This document shows positions 28,580-37,836 of a stretch of 64,000 nt of DNA, piece by piece. The position numbers were made by a program, and so were the translations under genes. Each line of letters begins with the position of its first letter. The first letter of the stretch is position 1. The notes below the pieces were generated by a model, which was not told where the DNA came from, made no database searches, and saw nothing but the letters and a program-made list of their open reading frames with translations. This DNA is from Rickettsiales bacterium. GTDB lineage: Bacteria; Pseudomonadota; Alphaproteobacteria; Rs-D84. Where the stretch lies: contig JAISCX010000035.1 of NCBI GenBank assembly GCA_031265235.1, positions 16,839 through 80,838 on the forward strand. Direction: 5' to 3'.

Positions 28580-29855
28580 TGCTGGCTGCGTACAACAGAT
28601 GCAAAACCGGGGACAGCCGATGTATGATGATGTTACGGTTGTCGAAAATCTGGTTATTGACGAACGGTCCGTGCCAATATTCCCGCGCAAAGCCGCGCTT
28701 ACGACCGATACCGCGCGTCGTTTTGCGCTGGATCTGCCGAAACGCTGCACGGTTGATTGGGACAATCAGCGCGTTTTATCCGTTCTGCCGGAAGAACGCG
28801 TGGAAATGACGCAATTGGACAAAGGCGACCCGCTGCCCGAATTTGCCGTTGAAAACTATTCCTTTGAAAAACTGACCGTCCGGGACGCGCTGGAAAAACT
28901 GCTTGCCGGAACGAATATCCGCGTGATAGAGGACGAGAATATCCCCGATAAAATCACCGGCACGATCAAATCCGGGGAACTGGCTGATGCCGTGGACCTG
29001 CTGGTCAGAATGGGCAAGGCATATTATTCTTATGACGACGCGACGCGCGATCTGCATATAGGGCGCCGGGCGCAATTTCTGATGAAAATGCCGAAAGATC
29101 AAATGATAATAATGGCGCTGATCGATGCGATGCGCGGAATGGGGATTGGAAACCTGATGGTCAACTGGGAAGACAAGACGCTTGCATTCGAAGGAAATTA
29201 CCAGACCGAACGCGAAGCGCGTCAGATAATCACCGATCTTGGCGCCCAAAAATATCTGATCGCATGGGATATTGACATATACCGCGTATATCCGCGGACG
29301 GATAATCCGATTATCTGGATGAACATGCTGCCTGCGCTGGGCGAAAAGAATATAAAAATGTCCATTCCGGGCGTCGTCGGGCGCGCGCTGGTCGTGGGAC
29401 CCGAAATAAATACCAAAACATTGCAGGAGTTTCTGGGCCAGCAGGCAAACGTGGTTCTTATTTCCCAGGGGACTTTCTCGATCCCGAACGGGTGGCAGTC
29501 GCGGTTTGACATCGGCCAATGTTCGCGCGAAGAACGTTTGGAAACAGACCTGATTGTCGGCGCGATCGGCAAATACGGCGACTATGCGGGGATGAAGAAA
29601 TTGGATACAAAGCTGGCGCTGCGAACGCATGCCGGGGAAATCGCGACATACCAGGTGCCCAGCACCATCGGCGACAATTATGTAATTATCGGGATTCCAA
29701 CGCATTCGTTTGTGCAAGGCACGGAAACATTGATATCGCCCTTTGCCGAGTTGGTCGTGTTCATGTCCCCCCGCATTATTTCAATAACAAATGGCGCCGC
29801 GGTGCCGGCGGCGGCGCTGTCGGGTCAGAACCTCCGGGACTATTTGGATGAATAA
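28533..29855 (+). CDS. outer-membrane lipoprotein with secretin-like C-terminus (putative)
   Basis: Lipobox LLFAAGC. The C-terminal VPSTIGDNYVIIGIPTHSF...AELVVFMSPRII resembles the secretin signature (VP.LGDIP..G.LF...ELLIFITPRI). Confidence 0.45.
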   Translation: MRKYYLFFALCSLLFAAGCVQQMQNRGQPMYDDVTVVENLVIDERSVPIFPRKAALTTDTARRFALDLPKRCTVDWDNQRVLSVLPEERVEMTQLDKGDPLPEFAVENYSFEKLTVRDALEKLLAGTNIRVIEDENIPDKITGTIKSGELADAVDLLVRMGKAYYSYDDATRDLHIGRRAQFLMKMPKDQMIIMALIDAMRGMGIGNLMVNWEDKTLAFEGNYQTEREARQIITDLGAQKYLIAWDIDIYRVYPRTDNPIIWMNMLPALGEKNIKMSIPGVVGRALVVGPEINTKTLQEFLGQQANVVLISQGTFSIPNGWQSRFDIGQCSREERLETDLIVGAIGKYGDYAGMKKLDTKLALRTHAGEIATYQVPSTIGDNYVIIGIPTHSFVQGTETLISPFAELVVFMSPRIISITNGAAVPAAALSGQNLRDYLDE

Positions 29856-29917
29856 GGTTGACAGTATGGAAAATGTTCCATATTTCGCGTCTTCATAATA
29901 AAGTTTAAGGTTTTTCC

Positions 29918-31171
29918 ATGTTTGCAAAGCTTGAAAAAAAAGTGGCTTTTCTATATCTGCGGGCCCGCGGCCGCGGATTCGGCAGCGTCATATCATGGGT
30001 GTCGCTGCTTGGCATCATGCTGGGGGTCGCGACGCTGGTCGTCGTTATGTCCGTTATGTCCGGATTTCATGACGCGCTGTTGTCACGCATTATCGGCATG
30101 AACGGACATGTCGTTGTATATCACCAGGACGGCGCGATAAAAGATTATGATTTTCTTATCGATAAAATAAAACAAAACAAAGTGGTCCGCGCGAATATGA
30201 TCGGCACAGTCCCCGTGTTAGAGGGCCAGGTCATGGTATCCGCGAACGGCACCAATTCCGGCGCCATGGTCCGCGGAATCCGCATGTCCGACCTGTCGCG
30301 TGTTTCCGGCGTCGGCACGAAAATATACGGAACTGAACTGAAAGACATAAAGGATGGCGAGCTGGTGATGGGAATGGCGCTGGCCCGCAATCTTAAACTT
30401 ACCATGAACGACACTGTGTCATTGATATCCGCGAACGGCGGGACGCCGACCGCGTTCGGCACCATGCCGCGGATGATGTCTTATCCCGTCCGTTCCACGT
30501 TCATGATGGGTATGTACGAATATGATTCCGGATATGTGTTTATGAATTTGGAAACGGCCCAGAAATACCTGAACGTGCCGGGCGGAGTGTCGCATATAGA
30601 CCTGTTCCTGAAAGACGCCGAACGGACGGCCGCGGTGCGCGACGCATTGCGCGATCTGTTGCCGGGCGGATTTATAGTGCGCGACTGGCGGGATCTGAAC
30701 CGCGGATTTGTCGGCGCGCTGCAAGTTGAATCAAACGTGATGTTCCTGATCCTTTTGCTGATCGTGATCGTCGCGGCGTTCAATATTGTATCAAGCCTTG
30801 TCATGCTGGTCAAAGACAAGTCGCGCGACATCGCGGTATTGCGCACGTTCGGGGTCCGGCGCAGCTCTATGATGAAGATATTCATTCTTGCCGGAACGTC
30901 AATCGGCGTTATCGGCGCGGTGTTCGGGACAATCTTGGGGCTGGTTATCGCCAAATATATTGAGCCGATCCGGAAATTTTTCCAGTGGGCGACGGGCCGC
31001 GATTTATTCCCGGCTGAATTATATTACCTGTCGGAACTGCCGTCCAAGATTGATCCAATATCGGTTGTCGGAATCGCGGTTGTCGCGGTCGCGCTGGCAT
31101 TCTTGGCGACGCTGTATCCCGCGTGGCGCGCGGCAAGGCTGGACCCGGTAGAGGTGTTAAGGAATGAATAA
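29918..31171 (+). CDS. lolE: lipoprotein-releasing system transmembrane subunit LolC/LolE (FtsX-like permease)
   Basis: 417 aa with an N-terminal TM, a large periplasmic loop and a C-terminal FtsX 3-TM bundle. Adjacent to lolD. Confidence 0.85.
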   Translation: MFAKLEKKVAFLYLRARGRGFGSVISWVSLLGIMLGVATLVVVMSVMSGFHDALLSRIIGMNGHVVVYHQDGAIKDYDFLIDKIKQNKVVRANMIGTVPVLEGQVMVSANGTNSGAMVRGIRMSDLSRVSGVGTKIYGTELKDIKDGELVMGMALARNLKLTMNDTVSLISANGGTPTAFGTMPRMMSYPVRSTFMMGMYEYDSGYVFMNLETAQKYLNVPGGVSHIDLFLKDAERTAAVRDALRDLLPGGFIVRDWRDLNRGFVGALQVESNVMFLILLLIVIVAAFNIVSSLVMLVKDKSRDIAVLRTFGVRRSSMMKIFILAGTSIGVIGAVFGTILGLVIAKYIEPIRKFFQWATGRDLFPAELYYLSELPSKIDPISVVGIAVVAVALAFLATLYPAWRAARLDPVEVLRNE

Positions 31172-31175
31172 AATT

Positions 31176-31294
31176 TAGATACTAGATACTGGATACTAGA
31201 TATTAGATATTAGTTTTGAACGCACTGAGAATTTATTGCGCCATCCGAACCAATATCTAGAATCTAATATCTAGAATCTAGTATCTAGTATCTA
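31176..31294. repeat. TAGATA-hexamer palindromic element (full, two inverted arms around 40-nt core)
   Basis: tagatactagatactggatactagatattagatattag ... ctaatatctagaatctaatatctagaatctagtatctagtatcta. Confidence 0.7.
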
Positions 31295-31306
31295 AAAAGG
31301 TAAATA

Positions 31307-32017
31307 GTGACTAGCATACTGAAATCCCTTTCAAAACCGAAAAACCGCGACGTGGTTTTAAGCGTGCGCGAAATCGGCAAGACATTCATGGAAGGGGGGC
31401 AGCCGCTGGCGATACTCCGCGGCGGCGGATTTGATCTGGGCCGCGGGGAAATAGTGGCGCTTGTCGGCCCCAGCGGATGCGGCAAATCAACGCTGTTGCA
31501 ATGCGTCGGGCTGCTGGAACGACCGACGCATGGGAATATCATGGTAACGGGACAGGCTGTGCACAAGATGAATGATGAAGACCGCACGCGCATCCGCCGC
31601 GACAAGATCGGCTTTGTATACCAGCGGCATAATTTATTGGAAGATTTCACGGCGTTGGAAAACGTTGTTCTGCCCATGCTTGCCGCCGGCATAGACGAAG
31701 AAGCCGCGGATGTTCGGGCAAAGAAATTGTTAAAGATGGTAAACGTCTTGCATCGCGCGACGCATAGGCCCAGCCAAATGTCCGGCGGGGAACAACAGCG
31801 CACGGCGGTCGCGCGGGCTCTTTCAAATAATCCCGACATAATTCTGGCGGACGAACCGACGGGGAGTCTGGACCCAAAGCACGCCGGCGCGGTGTTCGAT
31901 CTGTTGCTGGGCCTTGCGCGCGAACAAAGGATGGCGATGCTGTTTGTTACGCATGATATGAATCTTGCCGCGCGCGCGGACAGAACGATTACGATTGCAA
32001 ACGGAATTGTCGGATAA
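31307..32017 (+). CDS. lolD: lipoprotein-releasing system ATP-binding protein LolD
   Basis: GTG start. Walker A GPSGCGKST, signature LSGGEQQR and Walker B ILADEPTGSLD. Confidence 0.9.
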   Translation: MTSILKSLSKPKNRDVVLSVREIGKTFMEGGQPLAILRGGGFDLGRGEIVALVGPSGCGKSTLLQCVGLLERPTHGNIMVTGQAVHKMNDEDRTRIRRDKIGFVYQRHNLLEDFTALENVVLPMLAAGIDEEAADVRAKKLLKMVNVLHRATHRPSQMSGGEQQRTAVARALSNNPDIILADEPTGSLDPKHAGAVFDLLLGLAREQRMAMLFVTHDMNLAARADRTITIANGIVG

Positions 32018-32037
32018 ATAAAATACAGGAGAGAGTA

Positions 32038-32541
32038 ATGACAACCCCAAAAACATCGGCGACAAGTCAGACGCGGCACGCGTGGGCCTTGCCGCTTTTT
32101 GCCGCCGCGACAAGCTGTTTGTTTTCCATGGGGGCGAATGCAGAGGATTCAAGCATTCTTGCAAATAATATTGCAAGCCAGATATCGAAAGGACAGGATG
32201 CCGCGGCAAATCCGGACGCTTGCGGAACGCTGAAAAGCATTCTTTTGAAAAAACTGGACGATTATCCCGAACTGTCGGACAAGGCGATGGACCATGTCCA
32301 GCGGGCGGAGATTTATTCGCGTCTGGGCAAGAATAACTGCGCGGATGACAGCGGCGCGAATTATGCGGAATTGGAAAAGAAAGAATTGTCTGTCGCGGCG
32401 GCGCTTGACGACATGAACGAAGAAACGTATAAAAAGTATTACGACGCGGCCAAGGCCAAGATCAAAAAGCACGGCATTCCGGTTGTCATGGACATACTGG
32501 ACTTTACGGATTCCGTGACGGACGCCGTGGACAAGAGATAA
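32038..32541 (+). CDS. hypothetical secreted protein
   Basis: Signal peptide with AAATSCLFSMGANA. Confidence 0.55.
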   Translation: MTTPKTSATSQTRHAWALPLFAAATSCLFSMGANAEDSSILANNIASQISKGQDAAANPDACGTLKSILLKKLDDYPELSDKAMDHVQRAEIYSRLGKNNCADDSGANYAELEKKELSVAAALDDMNEETYKKYYDAAKAKIKKHGIPVVMDILDFTDSVTDAVDKR

Positions 32542-32555
32542 CGCCCAAGAATAAT

Positions 32556-32583
32556 TTGCATTTTTGGAAAAAATAGTTATAAT
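32556..32583 (+). promoter_or_regulatory. sigma70-like promoter for tRNA-Gly/tRNA-Tyr (TTGCAT-16-TATAAT)
   Basis: ttgcat at 32556-32561 and tataat at 32578-32583. Confidence 0.4.
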
Positions 32584-32604
32584 AACCAAGCTTTTTGTTG
32601 TCGC

Positions 32605-32678
32605 GGGCGTAGTCCAATGGTAGAATGCAAGCCTTCCAAGCTCGAGACGCGGGTTCGATTCCCGCCGCCCGCACCACC
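32605..32678 (+). tRNA. tRNA-Gly (anticodon TCC)
   Basis: Acceptor GCGGGCG/CGCCCGC, anticodon loop CTTCCAA and T-arm GCGGG-TTCGATT-CCCGC with an encoded CCA. Very similar to E. coli tRNA-Gly(UCC). Confidence 0.9.
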
Positions 32679-32775
32679 AATTTTCGTTAATGGCGAAGCC
32701 TTTAAGAAAATTGAGTGCCGCGCCATAGCGCAAGCGAAGGCAGGCAGGTTGATCAAACAAAGCAAATTTTTCCAA

Positions 32776-32861
32776 GGGCGTGCGCCGGAGTCGGAGAGCC
32801 GGGGCAGACTGTAAATCTGTTGTCTTAGACTGAGATGGTTCGAATCTATCCACGCCCACCA
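32776..32861 (+). tRNA. tRNA-Tyr (anticodon GTA), type II with long variable arm
   Basis: Acceptor GGGCGTG/CACGCCC, D-stem CCGG/CCGG, anticodon stem GCAGA/TCTGT with loop CTGTAAA, a 13-nt variable arm and T-arm GATGG-TTCGAAT-CTATC. CCA is encoded. Confidence 0.88.
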
Positions 32862-32870
32862 AGATAAAAT

Positions 32871-32903
32871 ACCCGTCGCGACTGCGACGGGTATTATTGT
32901 TTT
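32871..32903 (+). terminator. rho-independent terminator after tRNA-Tyr
   Basis: acccgtcgcgactgcgacgggt followed by attattgtttt. Confidence 0.5.
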
Positions 32904-33097
32904 AATGGTTGTGGGCAGATTTGAACCATCGGCAAACGGCAAAGCCGCAACCCCGGCATCCCAGGCCCCGCCGCGAACAAAGTTCGCGGCGGGTGGGGAT
33001 GGCCGGGGGCAGCGGCGGATGGTTCGCGTATGAGTTGGGTTCTGCAATTGCGAAGCGATGGCGGAACCCTTACGAATGCTAACGCGCGAAGCGCGGA

Positions 33098-33235
33098 AGC
33101 CATCTATCCACGCCCACCACGTATTACAGACCTGTGAAAAACAGGTCTTTTTGTTTAGATTCATATACTCTTGAATGAGTTCTAATCTAGATTTTTCAAA
33201 GAAATGTTGATTTTTAGCCAGTTTTGAACTATTAT
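33098..33235. repeat. cassette-boundary repeat unit, copy 1 (starts with tRNA-Tyr 3'-end-like ccatctatccacgcccaccac)
   Basis: Shares ccaccacNtattacag-hairpin-tttttgtttagattNNtatactNttg...gagttc...ccagtttNgaactatt with copies at 34027 and 35120. Confidence 0.5.
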
Positions 33236-33258
33236 CGCAAAAAGCCAAAGGTTTTCCA

Positions 33259-33627
33259 ATGATACAGTATGAAATTTTAATAGATTTTATAGCATCGTTT
33301 GAAAAAATAAAATCAGGCAAGAAAACAGTAGAGATGCGTCTGGATAATGGGGATATTCCATTCCTGTCGTCAATTAAGATTAATGATACAATTTCTTTTA
33401 CAAACACGGAAAATAGCGAACGCATACAGACCAAAGTCATAGGTCTTTGTCGATTTAAGAGCTTTAACGCATTGGTTGAATTTCTAGGTGTTCAGCGCTG
33501 TCTTACAAATAGTGATAATCCACCAAAAGATATTGATGCTTATATGGAGTTATATTATCCACGCGAACAAATAGAAAGATGCGAAAAATTAGGTATTGTG
33601 ATAGATGTAAAAATGAGAGGCATGTAA
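33259..33627 (+). CDS. ASCH domain protein (YqfB-like)
   Basis: KSGKKTVEMR is a GxKxxExR ASCH motif. 122 aa, the size of the E. coli YqfB family. Confidence 0.7.
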   Translation: MIQYEILIDFIASFEKIKSGKKTVEMRLDNGDIPFLSSIKINDTISFTNTENSERIQTKVIGLCRFKSFNALVEFLGVQRCLTNSDNPPKDIDAYMELYYPREQIERCEKLGIVIDVKMRGM

Positions 33628-33995
33628 TGACACAACATGAAGTTTTAATAGATTTTCCTTGGGCATTTGAAAAAATCAAATCGGGTCAAAAGACCATAGA
33701 ACGCAGAATGTATGATGACAAGTTTCGCGCAATAAAAATTGGTGACACTATCTTGTTTGTAAATCTTGCGAATGGCGAAACCGTAACTTGTGATGTGAAA
33801 GGATTGTGCATTTTTCCAAATTACACAGAATTAATGAGAGTTGTTGATGCAAAAGCCTGTGGCTGGAACAAAGAAGATGAAGCGATACAAGACCCGGATG
33901 GGTTCATAGAAAGAAACTATGGGCAATTTGGCTATACAAAAGAAAATATCAAAAAATATGGCGCAGTGGGCATAGTTATTAAGCTTTGTTCATAA
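33627..33995 (+). CDS. ASCH domain protein (paralogue of upstream gene)
   Basis: Start MTQHEVLIDF overlaps the upstream stop (TAATG). KSGQKTIERR motif. About 35% identity to the neighbouring ASCH protein. Confidence 0.7.
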   Translation: MTQHEVLIDFPWAFEKIKSGQKTIERRMYDDKFRAIKIGDTILFVNLANGETVTCDVKGLCIFPNYTELMRVVDAKACGWNKEDEAIQDPDGFIERNYGQFGYTKENIKKYGAVGIVIKLCS

Positions 33996-34026
33996 AAGTT
34001 TGAATATTTTGTCCCAGTGTTATGAA

Positions 34027-34185
34027 TTCTTGCGGTGAATCAGTTCGAAACTTGTCGAAAGTCTTCCACCACTTATTACAGGTCGCAGAGAATGCGACCT
34101 TTTTGTTTAGATTTGTATACTTTTGGCTGAGTTCGAAGCTTATGTTTTGAAAAATGGCTAAAAATAAGCCAGTTTCGAACTATTT
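34027..34185. repeat. cassette-boundary repeat unit, copy 2
   Basis: gttcgaaacttgtcgaaagtcttccaccacttattacag-gtcgcagagaatgcgacc-tttttgtttagatttgtatacttttggctgagttcgaagc... Homologous to 33098-33235. Confidence 0.5.
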
Positions 34186-34995
34186 CAATTTTTGACACTG
34201 AATTATTCGTTGCGGATTTGTGAACCAAAAGTTCGTGCCGTCTGTATCAAAATGTGGTCGTTTTTCTTTTGGAACGGCCGCAATCATATCGCAAATGGCC
34301 TGTTGTTGCCCTGTATCAAAATGATACCTATTACGCATAGATTCGGCTGTAAAATCAAGACTACGAGAGTTCGGATTTGGTAAAAACTTTGCATTTTTAA
34401 AAACTTTCTTATGCATACCATAAAAATCTGCAATCGTATTCCAACGAACTGATTTCGGAAGAATTTTGTAGAACCTATTTTCCAAATCCGCTTCTGATGC
34501 AAGACGAAATGCGACTGAATAATTTATAAGATATCCACCAGGTTTTAATGCGCAAAAAGCTTGTTTTATTACTTGCTCTTGAGCCTGCTTTGTATCTTCA
34601 TAATGAAATGCCCCACGCATAAAAACAACATCAAAAAAATTATCAGCAAAAGGAATACTTTTATTATCCGCACAGAACCAGGTTATATCTGGCGCATCCT
34701 TTTTATTTTGTTGTATTAAATCGTCCTGACAATCAATCCCATAATACAGAACCGGCTGAAAGCCATTGCGTTCAGGCAGATTCAATTTTTGTTTTAGATT
34801 TTTAACAATTATCCCGGTCCCAGTCCCCATATCAAGAACGTGAATTATGGTATTTGGTTGATTATCCATTGATTCTATTGTGCGCTCTGAAATAGGATTT
34901 ACTATATCGGCGATAACTTTCGGTTCAGAAAAGAAACCGAAATTAGGATTTAGAAAGTTTTTACCTTCTGCGGTCGGATCTGTCTTTTTATCCAT
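34180..34995 (-). CDS. class I SAM-dependent methyltransferase
   Basis: Motif I VLDMGTGTGIIVKNL and post-motif LKPGGYLINYS. AAAGGGA RBS before MDKKTDP. Confidence 0.7.
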   Translation of the reverse strand: MDKKTDPTAEGKNFLNPNFGFFSEPKVIADIVNPISERTIESMDNQPNTIIHVLDMGTGTGIIVKNLKQKLNLPERNGFQPVLYYGIDCQDDLIQQNKKDAPDITWFCADNKSIPFADNFFDVVFMRGAFHYEDTKQAQEQVIKQAFCALKPGGYLINYSVAFRLASEADLENRFYKILPKSVRWNTIADFYGMHKKVFKNAKFLPNPNSRSLDFTAESMRNRYHFDTGQQQAICDMIAAVPKEKRPHFDTDGTNFWFTNPQRIIQCQKLK

Positions 34996-35119
34996 TTTAT
35001 TCCCTTTCATTCCCAGACTTGGATTAAACATTACGAAACCTATTTTGTCCAAATTATATAACTATAATTGATCTTGTCAATCTAACGCCTGGAAATTTTA
35101 TGACGTTTGTTTTTGAAAT

Positions 35120-35245
35120 TTAGGATACTCTGTGCCAAACTCTGAAAGTTTTAAGGGTTCTGAGTTCAAGACTTGTCAAATCTCTTCCATCATAATAAAC
35201 AAACGCACCTTTTGGGTGCGTTTTATTCCAACTGTTTCCCATCGC
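35120..35245. repeat. cassette-boundary repeat unit, copy 3 (modules in swapped order)
   Basis: tttgtttttgaaatttaggatactctgtgcc...gttcaagacttgtcaaatctcttccatcat...acaaacgcaccttttgggtgcgtttt. Confidence 0.45.
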
Positions 35246-35276
35246 TTTGGCGGCGGCGTGCAAGCCGCGGCTTTTT

Positions 35277-36929
35277 TTATCTGGTCGTGACGGTCACGCT
35301 GTCCATGTATGTCTTTTCGATCGTGTCCATCTGGTATGGCTGAAAGTTCGGATCGGACATAATCGAAATATCCGAATCATCTTCGGGCAGTATATAAATA
35401 GGCGACATTTGCGGCGATACGGGCGCCGCGGCCGATGCGCCGGACAATCTGTATGTCTTTGCGGAATACTGGCCCGCCAATGATTTTGGCAGCGATATGT
35501 AATCCATCGGGTTTATGCCGTTCGTTATTTCAATTTCCGACGGACGCCGGCTGTCCGCGGCTGTCGTGTTGTATAACGGGTTTATAAAGTTCCGGGCGGC
35601 CGGTGCTTTGACCTTGGGTGCGCCGCTGCCGTCAAGGCGCATGATTTGCAGCGCGCGTTCGTCCGCGCCGTTCGGACGCAGCCGCACAAGCCCGTCCAGC
35701 CCCTTGAATCCGGACGGATCCAGCAGATACGCCGCCAGGCTTTTGCTTGAAGACAAAGCGCCGATGGAAAGCATCGCCGCATCATATCCCATGGAATTCA
35801 TGCGGTTCGGCGCGACCCCCATCAAGTCCGTGTATGTCCGCGCGAAATCCAAAGAAATGGACGGCAGCGCCGCGTATTCCGCGCCATTCAGCGTCATGTC
35901 GGAAAACATGCTGTCCGCGTCCCACATCGCCGTTCCGTAAAATCTGATCGTGTTTGTTGGCACGTCGTAATAACGCAAAAATGACGCCAGTGCCTTGGAA
36001 TCAGCGGCATTGCCCAGGAACAGGACGGCGTCATACGGCAGTTTTCCGACGGTGTCCGATTTGTTCAGCGCTTCCAATTGTTTGTTGATGTATGCTTTTT
36101 CGACCGACGGCAGCTGCTTTTTCAAAAGAATGTCGGACAATATCTCTTTGGCGCCGTTGTTCGCCTTTTCCCGCGGACCAAACATTGACGCGCGTTCGGC
36201 CACTGATTTTTGGCTGCCCATGTCGCCTTCGTCATAGTAATACATGCCGGTCACGCGCATATTGTTAATATATGCCGATTCAAGCGCGGCATTGGCAAGC
36301 ATGTATCCCGTCTTTGTATCGGGGCTTAATATCAATATGTTTGATGCGCCCGCGGCCGCCATGTGGCTGGTCACCGCCTCGGCCCCTTGGTTCGGCAACA
36401 GCGCGAGCGTAAAGACGCCGCCGCTTAGCGCCGTTTGGTCGGACGTGAACGTTATCGCAGGAATCGCGTCAGGCTTTAACCCGCGCAATATTTCGACGTC
36501 TTCGGCGAATATGGGTCCAAGAATCATATCCGGGTTGCGGGATATCACATGTTCCGCGACCGCGATTTTTTTCGCCCGATCGCCCGACATATCGTTAAAC
36601 GCGACCATTACGCCATTCGGCTGTTTTTGAAAGAACGCGATTTCTATCGCATGCTGGATGCCCTGGCCGATTGCGGCGTTGGGACCCGACAGCGGCAAAA
36701 GCACCGCCACGGTTTTTATGTTTTCCGAAAATGCGTCCGGTTCTTCGAATGACACCAGGGCCGCGGATTCATGGCCTTCGTCGTAAAAATCCTGGTCGAT
36801 TGCGGCAGGCGCGCCGGCTGGCGGCAGTTCGCCGTATTCATATCCCCAATCGCGGTTATGATTGGCACAGCCAATCAGAAAGAACAAAGAACAAATAGCG
36901 CACAGCAAAGATATTTTTTTAATAAACAT
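35277..36929 (-). CDS. lpoA: LppC/LpoA-family lipoprotein (penicillin-binding protein activator-like, periplasmic-binding-protein fold)
   Basis: Lipobox LFFLIGC. VAVLLPLSGPNAAIGQGIQHAIEIAF is PBP-type-I-like. Divergent from rsmI as in the E. coli rsmI-lpoA arrangement. Confidence 0.65.
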   Translation of the reverse strand: MFIKKISLLCAICSLFFLIGCANHNRDWGYEYGELPPAGAPAAIDQDFYDEGHESAALVSFEEPDAFSENIKTVAVLLPLSGPNAAIGQGIQHAIEIAFFQKQPNGVMVAFNDMSGDRAKKIAVAEHVISRNPDMILGPIFAEDVEILRGLKPDAIPAITFTSDQTALSGGVFTLALLPNQGAEAVTSHMAAAGASNILILSPDTKTGYMLANAALESAYINNMRVTGMYYYDEGDMGSQKSVAERASMFGPREKANNGAKEILSDILLKKQLPSVEKAYINKQLEALNKSDTVGKLPYDAVLFLGNAADSKALASFLRYYDVPTNTIRFYGTAMWDADSMFSDMTLNGAEYAALPSISLDFARTYTDLMGVAPNRMNSMGYDAAMLSIGALSSSKSLAAYLLDPSGFKGLDGLVRLRPNGADERALQIMRLDGSGAPKVKAPAARNFINPLYNTTAADSRRPSEIEITNGINPMDYISLPKSLAGQYSAKTYRLSGASAAAPVSPQMSPIYILPEDDSDISIMSDPNFQPYQMDTIEKTYMDSVTVTTR

Positions 36930-36975
36930 TTGAAAATTCCCTTATAAGGAGTATTATATTATAAAAGGTTTTGTA

Positions 36976-37836
36976 ATGCAATCAGGACTTTATATTGTAG
37001 GAACGCCGATCGGAAATCTATCCGATATGTCGCCGCGCGCGATCGACGTCTTGAAAACGGCGGATTTGATTGCCGCCGAAGATACGCGCGTCGCCGGCAA
37101 ACTATTGTGTCATTTCGGCATAAAGACAAAGATGATCGCATTGCACGAGCATAATGAGCGCGAGACAAGCGCAAAAATCGCCGACATGATCGCAGGGCGC
37201 GTTTCTGTCGGCGGTGCGGCGCAACTGGAAGGGCTGAACCCGGGCGCGGCAGTGGCGCTGGTCAGTGATTCCGGAATGCCGGCAATATCGGATCCGGGGT
37301 TTCGCGTCATCCGCACGTGCCGGGCGGATGGTTTGCCGGTATTTGTTGTTCCGGGGCCGACGGCCCTTGTAAGTGCGCTGGTTTTGTCGGGATTTCCGAC
37401 GGACAGGTTTACTTTTTGCGGCTTTCTGCCATCGGGGGACGTCGCGCGCGAAACGGTTTTGCGAAACGACAATAAAATTCGCCATACCATAATTTATTAT
37501 GAATCGCCGAACCGGATTATGGATACCGTTTCCGCGTGCGCCCGGATTATGCCGGAACGGCGCATGGCAATAGTTCGCGAAATTACAAAAATTCACGAAG
37601 AAACGATAATCGGGTATCCTGCGGAAATATCCGTGCGCGCGGAACATTCTTTCAAGGGCGAAATCGTGATCGTCATAGAGCCTGCGCCGGATGTCAGGAT
37701 GTCGGACGATCAGATAAACGAAATAGTGCGCGAAGTCGTCGCCGGCGGCATAAGCACGAAATCCGCCGCCAATGAGATTGCAGAACGCACGGGGATCAGC
37801 AAATCGGAAGCATATGAAAGGGTCATAAAAAAATGA
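36976..37836 (+). CDS. rsmI: 16S rRNA (cytidine1402-2'-O)-methyltransferase
   Basis: LYIVGTPIGNLSDMSPRAIDVLKTADLIAAEDTR is a tetrapyrrole-methylase-fold RsmI signature. Confidence 0.9.
   Translation: MQSGLYIVGTPIGNLSDMSPRAIDVLKTADLIAAEDTRVAGKLLCHFGIKTKMIALHEHNERETSAKIADMIAGRVSVGGAAQLEGLNPGAAVALVSDSGMPAISDPGFRVIRTCRADGLPVFVVPGPTALVSALVLSGFPTDRFTFCGFLPSGDVARETVLRNDNKIRHTIIYYESPNRIMDTVSACARIMPERRMAIVREITKIHEETIIGYPAEISVRAEHSFKGEIVIVIEPAPDVRMSDDQINEIVREVVAGGISTKSAANEIAERTGISKSEAYERVIKK

Noticed and set aside
32149-32862. 237-aa minus-strand ORF and 65-aa plus ORF (32617-32814) across the tRNA-Gly/tRNA-Tyr region
   Set aside because: They run through two confidently folded tRNA genes and a secreted-protein gene on the other strand. 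They are spurious.
32900-32930. tRNA-like T-loop (ggttcaaatc) on the minus strand just after the tRNA-Tyr terminator
   Set aside because: No complementary T-stem 3' strand and no acceptor stem could be built. It is only a T-loop-like fragment inside the repeat-rich att-like region.
33098-33119. 18-nt duplicate of the tRNA-Tyr 3' end interpreted as attR of a prophage
   Set aside because: No integrase or phage genes lie between the copies and the islet is only ~2.4 kb. The duplicate is part of a thrice-repeated boundary unit, so it is reported as an att-like cassette scar and not a prophage.
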